The notes under the pieces: model-generated | Told to the model about the DNA's origin: nothing | Databases searched by the model: none | What the model saw: the letters and a program-made list of their open reading frames with translations, nothing else | In this document: positions 1-10,135 of the stretch, one piece after another | Layout: every line of letters begins with the position of its first letter | Position numbering within the stretch: the first letter of the stretch is position 1 | Source: Candidatus Jordarchaeia archaeon | Lineage (GTDB): Archaea > Asgardarchaeota > Jordiarchaeia > Jordiarchaeales > Jordiarchaeaceae | NCBI GenBank assembly: GCA_029856435.1 | Contig: JAHQXB010000042.1 | Coordinates: forward strand, 1 to 49,361 | Length of the DNA: 49,361 bases | Reading direction: 5' to 3' | Position numbers and translations under genes: made by a program

Positions 1-46
1 CCAATATAACTAATGATAAAAAACTTTTACAATTTCTTAGGCCCCA

Positions 47-340
47 GTGGTGGAAGTCAGTCTAGGGTACACCTCGAAAAACTCGTAGCAGATGCGGAGA
101 GGCAAATAAAGCTCTAAGGAGCCAGAGGATTTTCAGGTGTCCCTGCTGTGGCTTCAAAGTAGACCGGCATCTCAAACGCCTGCATAAACATTTATCACAG
201 GGTGAGAGGAGTTTCCCCACAAAAGGAGTTCAACTTTGTGGGTGGGTTGCCCTTGATGGGGTGGAGAAGAAGGATCCCTACGAACCCGTGAGGGGCGTGG
301 GTGATATGAAGCCCTAAGTCTACCTTTGACCACGTAGACT
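47..340 (+). mobile_element. tnpB: Decayed 3' end of an IS200/IS605-family tnpB (zinc-ribbon region) with right-end hairpin
   Basis: Across two frameshifts the region reads VVEVSLGYTSK / SRCGEANKALRSQRIFRCPCCGFKVDRHL / NACINIYHRVRG...GGLPLMGWRRRIPTNP*, matching the TnpB TS..C..CG...F.C..CG...DRD.NA..NI pattern. Inverted repeat AGTCTAC(317-323)/GTAGACT(334-340) follows. No upstream RuvC-I/II region. Confidence 0.8.
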
Positions 341-443
341 ACAACCCCAAAAAAGGTCTATGATTACCAACATACTTGTAGAAAAAGCTTAAAAGTGTAT
401 TATATCTTTAAAATGACAGTGTTCAACTCGCAGGTGACGGAGT

Positions 444-608
444 ATGCCTATTGGAGATCCTGACAAGAGAAGAATTGCGGCAACACATCTATTATATGTT
501 AAGGTATGTAGGAAGTGTTACGCGCGAAACGCCCTATATGCAACTAAGTGTCGTAGGTGTAAAAGTAAAAGACTCCGGCTTAAGAAGCGTGTAGCCACAA
601 AGAAGTAA
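444..608 (+). CDS. rpl40e: 50S ribosomal protein L40e (54 aa; below the ORF-track cutoff)
   Basis: Manual translation: MPIGDPDKRRIAATHLLYVKVCRKCYARNALYATKCRRCKSKRLRLKKRVATKK, with the C-x2-C...C-x2-C L40e pattern. Confidence 0.95.
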   Translation: MPIGDPDKRRIAATHLLYVKVCRKCYARNALYATKCRRCKSKRLRLKKRVATKK

Positions 609-709
609 ATGGGCAACAGAAGAGTTCCCGACTTTTAGTTTCCATAAGTATTATGAACTAAGGTGTGGAAATTTTGATGGGGTTATTTTGCCACTAAGTT
701 CGCTTATTT

Positions 710-1594
710 TTATTTGCTGATCTGGAAGAAGCCTCTGATTAAGTCAATGTCGCGTATTATTCCGCTGAGGTTTCCTTTAGCGTCGGTGACTGGTATCTGG
801 TTTAAATCAAACTTTCTCATCTTTCTGGCGCAGTCTTCAAAGCTTGTGAGCTCTGTTACGGTTTCCACGCTTTTGGTCATTACCTCTTTAATTGGCCTAT
901 TGGGCAAACGAAGTATTTTAGTGGTGATGTGAAAAATGTCTCCAGAATCCCAGCTCCAGTCGGTGCCCTCGCTGGTAGCAGATATACTTGACACCTTCTC
1001 TTCGGAAACCACCTCGCTTAGATGTAGAAAGTCGGAGTCATCAATTATACCCGACAAATTACCATTATCATCAAGTACAGGTAATACACTTACTCTTGCT
1101 AGTCTCATTATTTTGAACGCGACGGGGACAGGTGTGCCTTCCCAAACAGTAACCAACTCTTTCTTAACATAGTGTTTTATGGGGCCCAAATCCTTCTCCA
1201 CCGCTATGGCCTTCCTAACCACATCCGATACTGATACCATGCCCACCAGTTCTTTGCCGTCTTTAGTGACAGGTACGTACCTCAAATTGTTCTCTAAAAG
1301 TATCTTAACCAGCTCCCTTACCGTTGTTTCCTTGGAAACAGTTATGGGATCTCTCTTCATAAGTAACGCAATTTGACTTTCTTCAGGCTTATCCATAAGA
1401 TTTCTCTCTGAGATTGTACCCACAACTTCCATCTTACCCTTCTTCACGACAGGTAAGTAGGTTTTTTTGGTCTCTCTCATAACATTTAGCACTTCGTCTC
1501 TAGTCCCTGGAACAGTTACGAATGGTACTTTTTCTTCCATGATGTCTTGTACTTTCAAAATTTGCATTCCTCCATACCTAATTGGAAGCCACAC
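710..1594 (-). CDS. CBS-domain protein (two CBS pairs)
   Basis: Four CBS-like repeats (KVQDIM..., LLMKRDPITV, LPVLDDNGNLSGII, IPVTDAKGNLSGII). Confidence 0.85.
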   Translation of the reverse strand: MWLPIRYGGMQILKVQDIMEEKVPFVTVPGTRDEVLNVMRETKKTYLPVVKKGKMEVVGTISERNLMDKPEESQIALLMKRDPITVSKETTVRELVKILLENNLRYVPVTKDGKELVGMVSVSDVVRKAIAVEKDLGPIKHYVKKELVTVWEGTPVPVAFKIMRLARVSVLPVLDDNGNLSGIIDDSDFLHLSEVVSEEKVSSISATSEGTDWSWDSGDIFHITTKILRLPNRPIKEVMTKSVETVTELTSFEDCARKMRKFDLNQIPVTDAKGNLSGIIRDIDLIRGFFQISK

Positions 1595-1987
1595 CTATCC
1601 TATGTGTTCCCACTAAAAGCAGGTTTAATTTTAGGATATTTAATTATTACTTTTAATTTAAATATATTTAAGAGAGGTTAATTTGGATTCGTTTTTCTCC
1701 GATTTTTGAAACGCCCTAATGCTTGTAGAATTTCTAATTTAATTATATACATGATACAATTTAAATTATTTGCACCTTGGGCCATTCTAAAAAATTATTA
1801 ACCAGTTTTAGAAAGCTTGCAAAAAATTAAAAAAAGGTATAAATGGTCTAGAAACGAGAGTATAGCAGTAACAGAATGTTGAATTCAAATATGGTACTGC
1901 GCCAAACTATTTGGTAATCAGCATGGGATAAATCTCCGTTAATCACACAATTAAGGAAATCCTACTTGCACAGGCGAGGTGATCCTA

Positions 1988-2281
1988 ATGGAAATAAAGG
2001 AATTCCAACAGTTAATGCGTGACCTCTACTTTAAAAATGATGAGAAAAGGGGTAAACTTGGTAATTTTGCTTGGCTGGTAAGCGAAATCGGAGAACTCGC
2101 ACGAGTACTAAGAACCGAAGATAAAGAAAAAATCAAAGAGGAATTTGCAGACGTTTTCGCTTGGCTAGCGAGCCTAGCTAACGTGTTAAACATAGACTTG
2201 GAAGAAGCAGTCCAAACAAAATACCCCGGAAAGTGCCCCAGATGTAATAACAACCCCTGCAAATGCCAATTCACATTCTAA
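1988..2281 (+). CDS. MazG-like nucleotide pyrophosphohydrolase
   Basis: EFQQLMRDLY...WLVSEIGELA...EEFADVFAWLASLAN motifs; GAGGTG RBS before ATG 1988. Confidence 0.85.
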   Translation: MEIKEFQQLMRDLYFKNDEKRGKLGNFAWLVSEIGELARVLRTEDKEKIKEEFADVFAWLASLANVLNIDLEEAVQTKYPGKCPRCNNNPCKCQFTF

Positions 2282-2511
2282 AAATCAAAACCCTCTACAA
2301 CAATAAACAGATTTTAAATTTGTTTTCAAACACGAATTTTAAAAAAGCTAAATCAATTAATGGAGAACACAATGCTTTAGTTTCTTGTTGCATATTTTTG
2401 GTTTTTTAAATCAAGGATAAATTAAAAATTCATAATTTGTTCTACAAGAGCAGGTTTTAGAAAACATTTTTATATGAAAGGATGCGAAGTAAAGTTACAG
2501 GAGGAAAAGAA

Positions 2512-2730
2512 ATGTCCAAAATTAAGAGAAGAAGAGCCAGAGATACAGCCCCGATGCCAGTTGCGGGCGCGGGTCTCATTCGTTTCTTTGAGGAAGAAAC
2601 TGCGGGACCAAAAATTGGACCAGGCATAGTCGTTATTGCCTGCGTCGCTCTTATCGTTGTAATTATTGCGTCACTATATCTGAACGCCTTACAGTCAGGT
2701 GCAAATATTCCAAAGCTGCCAACATTCTAA
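2512..2730 (+). CDS. secG: Preprotein translocase subunit Sec61-beta/SecG
   Basis: AGAGLIRFFEEE...KIGP followed by one TM helix; GGAGG RBS at 2500-2504. Confidence 0.9.
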   Translation: MSKIKRRRARDTAPMPVAGAGLIRFFEEETAGPKIGPGIVVIACVALIVVIIASLYLNALQSGANIPKLPTF

Positions 2731-2793
2731 ATATTATAGGAGATATTTGTGGTCTTGAATGATTGGAGCAAGGTTTTTAATTATTTTTGGCAG

Positions 2794-3420
2794 TTAGTCT
2801 TCTTGTGTGGATTCGTTCGAGTCGCTTGGTGTAAAGAACATTAAGCCTCCAGTTCTGAGATCTCGCAATTCTTCTACTGTTAACTCTTTAACTTTTACTT
2901 CTGACTGGTTTTTAGCTACTATCATACTGTTTCCGAAGGGATCCTCCAGTATCAGAGTAAAGGGCATTTCCCCTGTTTTTGCCTTTTTTATTTTTTCTAT
3001 GGCGATGTCGCTGTTTCTTTTCTGTTCTTCGGTTTCAGCCCATTCCCTTGCGGTTTCTGCGACTTCTAATATTCGGGAAATGACGCCCTCAACATTGGTT
3101 ACATACGCTTCGGAGGCTGGGCCTGGTTCGATTGTGGTGCCTAGCTCGGGGATTTTTATGGTTCCCGTGGTAGCCCGGATTACCCGGGCTGTTAGTTCTT
3201 TCTCATTTTTGACTTTATAGGTGCATCTGATTGGTTTCCCGTAACGTGTACTTAAAAAGTCACTTACCTTATACCCACATGAAGAACATCGAAGCCTCAC
3301 TAAATATATCTCACTAAAGTAGGGAATGTTCAAGTCCGTAAAGCTACTTTCAAGTGTCTTTTTGCCACATACAGGGCATTCCGATTTTCCTTCCAAAAAT
3401 ATCGCCAAACATATCACCAA
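2794..3420 (-). CDS. ZPR1-type zinc finger protein
   Basis: CPVCG...IPYFSEI...CSSCGYK...TIKIPELG..IEPGP....TNVEGVI...LEDPFGNS. Confidence 0.9.
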   Translation of the reverse strand: MVICLAIFLEGKSECPVCGKKTLESSFTDLNIPYFSEIYLVRLRCSSCGYKVSDFLSTRYGKPIRCTYKVKNEKELTARVIRATTGTIKIPELGTTIEPGPASEAYVTNVEGVISRILEVAETAREWAETEEQKRNSDIAIEKIKKAKTGEMPFTLILEDPFGNSMIVAKNQSEVKVKELTVEELRDLRTGGLMFFTPSDSNESTQED

Positions 3421-3601
3421 ATTGGTACTTATACTTTAAGTCTTTTCATTTCAGGAGAAGAGTTAGATTCGCTTTGCGCAGTAACAGTGATTAGATTTGA
3501 ACTTTTCTCCTCTCATACTCTTAGAGGGTGTAGAAAAAGATGAAATTTGGATTTCAGTTTGAATGCCTTTTCCCACTGGTGATTCTCTATTTGGAGAGTT
3601 T

Positions 3602-5362
3602 CTACTTTTTCTTATTAAGTTTTGACATAAGTATTTTTGATTCTTCCTCAGGGTTTGGTTCTCTAATGTCTATTATGTTTAGTTCTAATAATTTTGTAAA
3701 TTCGTTGTATGTAACCCTTGCTGTGGCTACTATTTCTTTGCCTTCAACTTCTGGGGCCTTAAGTTTTAGGGGTTCTATTTGGTTACTGGATTTTCTAATT
3801 AGTTCATACGCCTTTTCGGGGGTCATATTCAGCAATTTTTGAGCCGCGTCTCCCATAAAGTTTGCTCGAATCGCTCCGGTGCCATCATCCAAGACTCCGC
3901 TGAACATGTATCGGATTACTGGCGCCTCTACTGGCCCACAATTCTTACACGTCCATTCTTCCTCTACTTTTTCAACTTTTTTGGCGCATTTAGGGCAAGC
4001 TTCATAAACTGGTTTTTTCTGGTAAAGCTGGACTAGGGTAGCTCTGACTTCAACTGTCTGATTGTTCTCCAGCTCAGATATGCTTTTTCTCGTTACACTT
4101 GTGACTCTGGGTTTAACATCGAGTTTAACGTCGGGAATTTCAATCTCAGAAGGGTTCAACTCCACCTCAGTAAATCTTCCCAGATGCACCTCAACCTCGC
4201 CTTGTAAACCAGTGCGGGTATAGGCTCTCCATATTTTTAGAGTGTCACCCTCCGAGATTCCACTAAGAGTTTCAGCATGGTCTCCCCATGCAACGACTCT
4301 AACTCCTGCGGTGTCATCCGCAACGGTGAATGAAATCATTCTACCGCTTGATCCATCCTTTCTTGTGAATTCTCGGACATCGGAAACACTTACTACGCGT
4401 CCTTCTATGTTCACGCTTCTCATATCAGGCTTCAAATCTTTGATTTTTGCAGAAATTTCTTGAGGCTGCGGGCTAATTTCAACCTTTACTTCAATGTCGG
4501 GATTTACAGTCACTCTTGTTAGTTTACCGATGTGTAGCTCTGGTGCTTCTCTTAGACCAACTTTGGTGTATCCACCCTCAACTTTAATTGTGTCCCCCTC
4601 ACTGAGCCTTTCAGCCAACTCCACTTGGTCGTCCCAAAAAACAACCCTTATTTCCCCGCTTTCATCCACCATAGTTGCATTGCAGACTCTCCCATGACTG
4701 CCGTCCGGTCTTGTGAATTCTGATGTGGTAGAGAGCCTCTGTATGACGCCTACAGTGTCTACACTCATCATGTTTGGCTCAATTTCACTTATTTTGATGA
4801 GACCAGTTTTTGGTTTGGGATAATCACTGGGCTTCACGTCTTTAGGCTCTATCTCTAATCTTCCTCGGTACCCTAAATGTATTTCGGGATTACCCTTCAA
4901 CCCCTCTTTTACGTAGCCATAGAACACGCGAACAATTTGCCCTTCCTTTATCTTACCCTTTTCAATTTGTTCTACGTGCTCACCCCACAAAACCAAGCGA
5001 ATCTCCCCAGATTTATCAGAAATTAGTATGCTGGCCATCTTGCCCTTTCTTCCATCTTTTGAAGTAAATTCTTTGGTGGGAAAAATGCGTGTAATCACTC
5101 CAGTAATTGTTACGTTCCTCATTTCCAAGGAAATGTCCTTGATTTCGAGAGCCGGCTTTTTATAACTAATATTCTCATAGACGTCTAACCCTAATTCTTT
5201 CGCTACGAGATGAGCAGCTCCCTCATCCGTGAGCAAACCACCCATTTTCTTCTTTTTCTCATTAATGCGCTTCAAAGCCTCCTCACGGCTAATTTTGCCC
5301 GACTTAACTATTCTATTCAATATTTCTTCAAGTATTGATTCCAAATTTTTTCCTCCTACCAT
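3602..5362 (-). CDS. rpa: Replication protein A large subunit (multi-OB-fold with C-terminal zinc finger)
   Basis: Three repeated OB folds (EFTRxDG..G...D.SG.IRxVxW) plus CPKC...CKNC in a C-terminal OB fold. Confidence 0.9.
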   Translation of the reverse strand: MVGGKNLESILEEILNRIVKSGKISREEALKRINEKKKKMGGLLTDEGAAHLVAKELGLDVYENISYKKPALEIKDISLEMRNVTITGVITRIFPTKEFTSKDGRKGKMASILISDKSGEIRLVLWGEHVEQIEKGKIKEGQIVRVFYGYVKEGLKGNPEIHLGYRGRLEIEPKDVKPSDYPKPKTGLIKISEIEPNMMSVDTVGVIQRLSTTSEFTRPDGSHGRVCNATMVDESGEIRVVFWDDQVELAERLSEGDTIKVEGGYTKVGLREAPELHIGKLTRVTVNPDIEVKVEISPQPQEISAKIKDLKPDMRSVNIEGRVVSVSDVREFTRKDGSSGRMISFTVADDTAGVRVVAWGDHAETLSGISEGDTLKIWRAYTRTGLQGEVEVHLGRFTEVELNPSEIEIPDVKLDVKPRVTSVTRKSISELENNQTVEVRATLVQLYQKKPVYEACPKCAKKVEKVEEEWTCKNCGPVEAPVIRYMFSGVLDDGTGAIRANFMGDAAQKLLNMTPEKAYELIRKSSNQIEPLKLKAPEVEGKEIVATARVTYNEFTKLLELNIIDIREPNPEEESKILMSKLNKKK

Positions 5363-5596
5363 CAGTATAGTCTTCTAGGCATATCTACCAAGGAGTAAAA
5401 GATTAGCAAAAGCAAGTTTTAACTCCTACCTCTTTATAAATGTCCAGTTTCGCATTTTAGGCATGTTTTTAATTCTGGAAACCTTAAATTTAGGGGTGAA
5501 CCTTTTTTCACATATTTACATCACATATAGTATATAAAAATGTGGTTAATATTCAAATTTATTTCTGAGCCAGTTCATATAAACTAAACGCATTTT

Positions 5597-6376
5597 TCAC
5601 ATGAACTCGGTTATTTTTTTCGAGGCGGTTAATCTTAAAACTTCAGCACATGTTTTAGGACTCAGAGTTTTGAATTCAAGGCCCTTCGCCTGAATCATTA
5701 AAGACGCTTCTTTAGATATAGAAGGTGCGGCGAGCATTGCCCTAACATGGCGCCCAGCACTTTTCCTTTTTATATCCTCCAGATACTTTAATAGTTGCAG
5801 CACATCCTGAACCTGGGCTTTTCTTCTCTTTAACTCTATTACTAAAGTTCTCCCCTGATTATCTACACCATACACGTCAACGAATCCCTGCTCAACCACC
5901 TTTTCCTTTAGAATTGGCTTGAAACCTTCCTCAATAAGTTCAGGCTTCGCTAGGATTGCCCTCTGCATGTCTTCCTCGCTACCAAACATGATGAATTCTG
6001 CTTCGTCCTTCAAGTTCAAAACTAGGATTATAAAAAGTTTCGGGAACAATATTCCAATGTATTCCCTTGGTTTTTTTCTTATAGCCTTTAGAAGCACACC
6101 CATTTTACTGGATTTGGTTTGAAAGATACATCCTGGAGGTTGCCAATTTACTGGTTGAGAATCCCAAGCTCGGTGAACCAGAAAGCTTCCATCCTTCTTT
6201 ATAAGCACTATACGCTCCCCTAAACCTAACTCAGAGTTTGCACGCCCCTTATACTCTATGGTACACTCACCTATGATAATTAGTGTCCGATTTTTTTTGA
6301 GAGCATCTATAATTACCCCAGCTCCAGTGGAAGAATCTGGATTACAATAGTATTCTACGGGTTGTCGTATATTCAT
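5597..6376 (-). CDS. nucS: Mismatch endonuclease NucS/EndoMS
   Basis: Y.GRA.S.L..GER..LIKKDGSFLVH...PVNWQP and VDVYGVD...IELKR. Confidence 0.92.
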   Translation of the reverse strand: MNIRQPVEYYCNPDSSTGAGVIIDALKKNRTLIIIGECTIEYKGRANSELGLGERIVLIKKDGSFLVHRAWDSQPVNWQPPGCIFQTKSSKMGVLLKAIRKKPREYIGILFPKLFIILVLNLKDEAEFIMFGSEEDMQRAILAKPELIEEGFKPILKEKVVEQGFVDVYGVDNQGRTLVIELKRRKAQVQDVLQLLKYLEDIKRKSAGRHVRAMLAAPSISKEASLMIQAKGLEFKTLSPKTCAEVLRLTASKKITEFM

Positions 6377-6431
6377 GTAAAACCACCGTCAACAAGTATT
6401 TATCTGTGTGAAACAATAAAAGAAATTTGCT

Positions 6432-6998
6432 ATGAAGGATCAAAATCCCTCCAAAAAAAGGATGAGTCTATATAATCAGACAGCATGGATGTACGACCGA
6501 AGATACAGGGAAATTCAGGAAGAGAAATACAAATCGATACTCTCAAAAATAGCCCTACATAAAAGAGACCTAGTTCTGGATGCTGGTTGCGGTACAGGTT
6601 TGCTCATGGAAAAAATCGCCTCAAAGCATAGAGTGGTGGGGATAGATTTCTCGGAGATGATGATAGAAATTGCGAGGAAAAAAATTAGAAATTCAAACTT
6701 TATAAGAGCCGACTTGAACAATCTCCCATTCCGAGACCAGTCTTTCAACAAGGTTTTCGGAGTAACCATCCTTCAGAACATAGAGCACCCACAAAGAACA
6801 GTGAAAGAAATCGCAAGGATAATTGAAAATGGAGGCTTGGCAGTTCTATCCACACTTAGGAAAAAATCGAACAAGAAAAAATTAGTCAAATTAGTAAAAG
6901 AAGCACAATTAAGGGGAGAAGAAACATACGAGGTCAGCGAAGACCTAGTGGTGATAGCCTCCAAAAACGCACCGTCCAGAGGCCAAGGAATTCCTTAG
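6432..6998 (+). CDS. Class I SAM-dependent methyltransferase
   Basis: VLDAGCGTG motif I, GIDFS motif II, LPFRDQSF. Confidence 0.85.
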   Translation: MKDQNPSKKRMSLYNQTAWMYDRRYREIQEEKYKSILSKIALHKRDLVLDAGCGTGLLMEKIASKHRVVGIDFSEMMIEIARKKIRNSNFIRADLNNLPFRDQSFNKVFGVTILQNIEHPQRTVKEIARIIENGGLAVLSTLRKKSNKKKLVKLVKEAQLRGEETYEVSEDLVVIASKNAPSRGQGIP

Positions 6999-7086
6999 CA
7001 TTTATATGTTTGAGTCATTATACAAAACGTTAATAATCAGATGGTAAACTTTGTTAATAGGCGCCCTATACTAATTAGCAATCTAC

Positions 7087-7836
7087 ATGGGAAGCACCAC
7101 GCAACTAGAAGGTATAAAATTGGTTTTGAAACCAAATTTCGACTTTCATATCCATACAAAATGGTCAGATGGCATCTGCACTTGCCGAGAAGTTGCAGAG
7201 TATGCTGTATCAAAGGGTATGCGGTTAATAGGCATAGCTGACCACTTTTCTATGGATCCCGAGAAAAACCCCAAAATTGCTCGAAGGCTGCCGGATTATT
7301 ACGAGGAAATTAGAGCTCTAGACGAAGAATTTAGAAGTCAAATCAGGATAAAAGTGGCTCTGGAAGTAGACGCTAGAACCTACGATTTTCTATCAGATAA
7401 ATCCATTGAGACACTGACCAGCCACAACTTTGACTACTATCTATTCGAATACATTACAGACCCCTACAGCTACTATCCCATTGAAACAAGAGACCCAATC
7501 CTAATAATATCAAAAATAAAAAAGTTCAAAGAAATACTCTCAGATTCTCGCCCAGTGGGTATAGCACACATGGAAGTACGCTACTTAAAAGACGAAAAAT
7601 TGGAAAAAGTCATTGAAAAATTGTTGGAAACCCAGCTCTTTGTAGAATTGAACACCTCAAAAGACAACTATAAACACGAAAAATTCCAAAGGATAATCGA
7701 AGAAAAAGACATAAAGCTCTCCATAGGTTCAGACGCACACATCCAAACCCGAATCGGAGACATAGAGTACCCATTAAACCTACTAAAAAGGTATAACGCA
7801 ACAAACCGACTAATATTTCTAAACGAACTAAAATAA
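7087..7836 (+). CDS. PHP-family metallo-phosphoesterase
   Basis: DFHIHTKWSDG, IADH, AH, ELN and GSDAH metal-binding motifs. Confidence 0.85.
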   Translation: MGSTTQLEGIKLVLKPNFDFHIHTKWSDGICTCREVAEYAVSKGMRLIGIADHFSMDPEKNPKIARRLPDYYEEIRALDEEFRSQIRIKVALEVDARTYDFLSDKSIETLTSHNFDYYLFEYITDPYSYYPIETRDPILIISKIKKFKEILSDSRPVGIAHMEVRYLKDEKLEKVIEKLLETQLFVELNTSKDNYKHEKFQRIIEEKDIKLSIGSDAHIQTRIGDIEYPLNLLKRYNATNRLIFLNELK

Positions 7837-7839
7837 GAT

Positions 7840-8940
7840 TTAGGGGGAACACCCAATCAGCCGGTAAACCTCTCTAGCAATCATTAATTCCTCGTTAGTC
7901 TTTTTAACCTTAACAAGCACCCTCGATTTCTTACTTGAAATAATTTCCCGGTTTAAAAGATTATCTTCTTCGTTTAGCTTAGCTCCAAGATAGGAAAGAG
8001 CCTCCACAACCCTTTTCCTAATCCTCCACTCATTCTCACCAATGCCCCCAGTAAATATCAGCGTGTCTAAACCGCCCAGAACAGAAACATAGGACCCTAT
8101 ATACTTTATCAAGCGATATACAAAAACATCAATTGCCAATTTTGCCTCTTTTCTCTCAGACTTCATAAGCTCCCTTACATCGTTGCTCTCTCCAGACAGC
8201 CCCAGCAACCCAGACCTTCTATTAAGCATATCATCAAGCTCCTGATAAGTAAACCCTTCGCTCAGAAGAAAGAGTAAAACCCCCGGATCTAAATCTCCAC
8301 TCCTGCTACCCATAACCAGCCCCTCCAAAGGAGTAAAACCCATACTGGTATCTACGCATTTCCCATCCCTTATTGCTGCTAAAGAAACCCCATTACCGAG
8401 ATGACAGGAAATCACTCTTCCCGCCTCATTAAGGGAAACATACATGTGGGATATCCCATGAAAACCATACCTCCTAACAGAGTACTTTTCCCTTATTTCT
8501 TTTGGAAGAGCATATGTGTAAGCGACCTCAGGCAAGGTTTGATGGAAAGATGTGTCAAACACGGCAATTTGAGGCACCATAAAAGATTCACAAGCCTTTA
8601 TAACCGCCAACTGTGGGGGATTATGTAAAGGCGCTAATGGAGCCGCCATCCTAATTTTCTCCAAAACCTTCTCATCAATCACTTTACTCTCTGAAATATC
8701 TAAACCGTGAACCACCCTATGACCAATTGCCTCAATCAATAAATTTCTCTCCCCCAAATATTTCTTAATAAACTTGATACCCTCTTCATGAGTGCTTATA
8801 TCAATTGGTTTCTCAACCCCGCCCTGCACAAAAGCCGGCTTATCTCCAATCCTATCAATCAAACCACCATCAACTTCAACTTCTGCCCTAAAAACCCTGA
8901 ATTTAATAGTGGAAGAGCCAACATTCAAAATCAGTATCAT
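7840..8940 (-). CDS. ackA: Acetate kinase (ASKHA family)
   Basis: LNVGSSTIKF, GHRVVHG, APLHNP, FDTSFH, RRYGFHG, CHLGNG, DTSMGFTPLEG, FTGGIGEN, TNEE. Confidence 0.93.
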   Translation of the reverse strand: MILILNVGSSTIKFRVFRAEVEVDGGLIDRIGDKPAFVQGGVEKPIDISTHEEGIKFIKKYLGERNLLIEAIGHRVVHGLDISESKVIDEKVLEKIRMAAPLAPLHNPPQLAVIKACESFMVPQIAVFDTSFHQTLPEVAYTYALPKEIREKYSVRRYGFHGISHMYVSLNEAGRVISCHLGNGVSLAAIRDGKCVDTSMGFTPLEGLVMGSRSGDLDPGVLLFLLSEGFTYQELDDMLNRRSGLLGLSGESNDVRELMKSERKEAKLAIDVFVYRLIKYIGSYVSVLGGLDTLIFTGGIGENEWRIRKRVVEALSYLGAKLNEEDNLLNREIISSKKSRVLVKVKKTNEELMIAREVYRLIGCSP

Positions 8941-9393
8941 ACTTAAACCCCAAAAACGAAATCAGCGACTCAATAAAATCAACTAAACACAGCAAATCAA
9001 AAAGCAATAAAATCAAAAATAAATAAAGATTACTATCATACCGAAAAATGTTAAAAAACTATAGAGTTTCTCATTAATTTTTTCCTGAACCTATCCTTGA
9101 CCGGGGTTATTTAAGGCTTCTTTCACCAAAAAAGGCGGAAAAAACCATACTTTCTGGAAGAGAAAAGGAAAAAATTAAATGGAAAGTCTATACTAAGAAT
9201 AACAATTTTAACATAAAAAAGTGAAAACTCCAGTTGATTTGGTTCGGAGAGGATAAACATCCATCAAAATTAAATGAGTTGGGGAAAGAACTACAAAACT
9301 AATGGCAGTTAGCTAACACACAATTTATCTACGTTATCCGAACGAACACCGAATCAAGCTCTGTAAACAAGTGAACACCTGTAAAACTCGTTA

Positions 9394-10128
9394 TCAGAGT
9401 TCGCCGCCCGGCATAATCACAATACCCCGACTGCCAATTTCTATGGGATATACTTTCAAGCTGTGACTTGAAAAACGTAACTTACGAACTACTAGGCTTC
9501 GGCGTAGCTCACCATTCTCCTCATTCAAGTATAAAACAATAATACCTTGAGCTATGAACTCCTCCACTCCGTACCTTGAATATCCAGATTTTCCAGTTAT
9601 TTCACTAGTCATAAGGCTGGTGGTTTGTAATTCTCCTAGTAGTGATGCGAGTTTGAAGATGGCGTTTCTGATTGCAGTTTGGGATTCGAATCTTATTCCT
9701 AACCCGCTGAGTGAATCTATAGCTATCCTTTGGGCGTTTATTTGTTTTGTTGCTTTATAGATTTCTTGGGCGAGGGTGCTGATGTCAAAGCCTCGTCTCA
9801 GTGTATAGGGTTCCGTGGTGGGTAGTCCAGCTTTGCTTGATGCTGCGTCTATTATTATTAGTTTGTTTTCTTGTTCAAGTTTTTCGAAATCCCATCCAAA
9901 TTGGCTGGCCTCTCTCCTTATTTCGCGGGGTTTTTCCTCTAGGGTTACGAATATTCCCGGCTGGTCATATTTGGCTGCTCCCGCATATAAGAACTGCATA
10001 CAACATATTGTTTTTCCTGTTCCTGCTCCCCCGGAAACTAGGATGTTTGTTCCTTTTACGAATCCTCCATGCAGAATTCCGTCCAGTCCGGGTATTCCAG
10101 ATTTTATTCGTTCCATCATTTTTTCCAT
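9394..10128 (-). CDS. KaiC/RAD55-like RecA-superfamily ATPase (single domain)
   Basis: SGIPGLD, GGAGTGKT Walker A, IDSLS, EEFIAQGII, KLRFSSHS. Confidence 0.88.
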   Translation of the reverse strand: MEKMMERIKSGIPGLDGILHGGFVKGTNILVSGGAGTGKTICCMQFLYAGAAKYDQPGIFVTLEEKPREIRREASQFGWDFEKLEQENKLIIIDAASSKAGLPTTEPYTLRRGFDISTLAQEIYKATKQINAQRIAIDSLSGLGIRFESQTAIRNAIFKLASLLGELQTTSLMTSEITGKSGYSRYGVEEFIAQGIIVLYLNEENGELRRSLVVRKLRFSSHSLKVYPIEIGSRGIVIMPGGEL

Positions 10129-10135
10129 TCACCCT

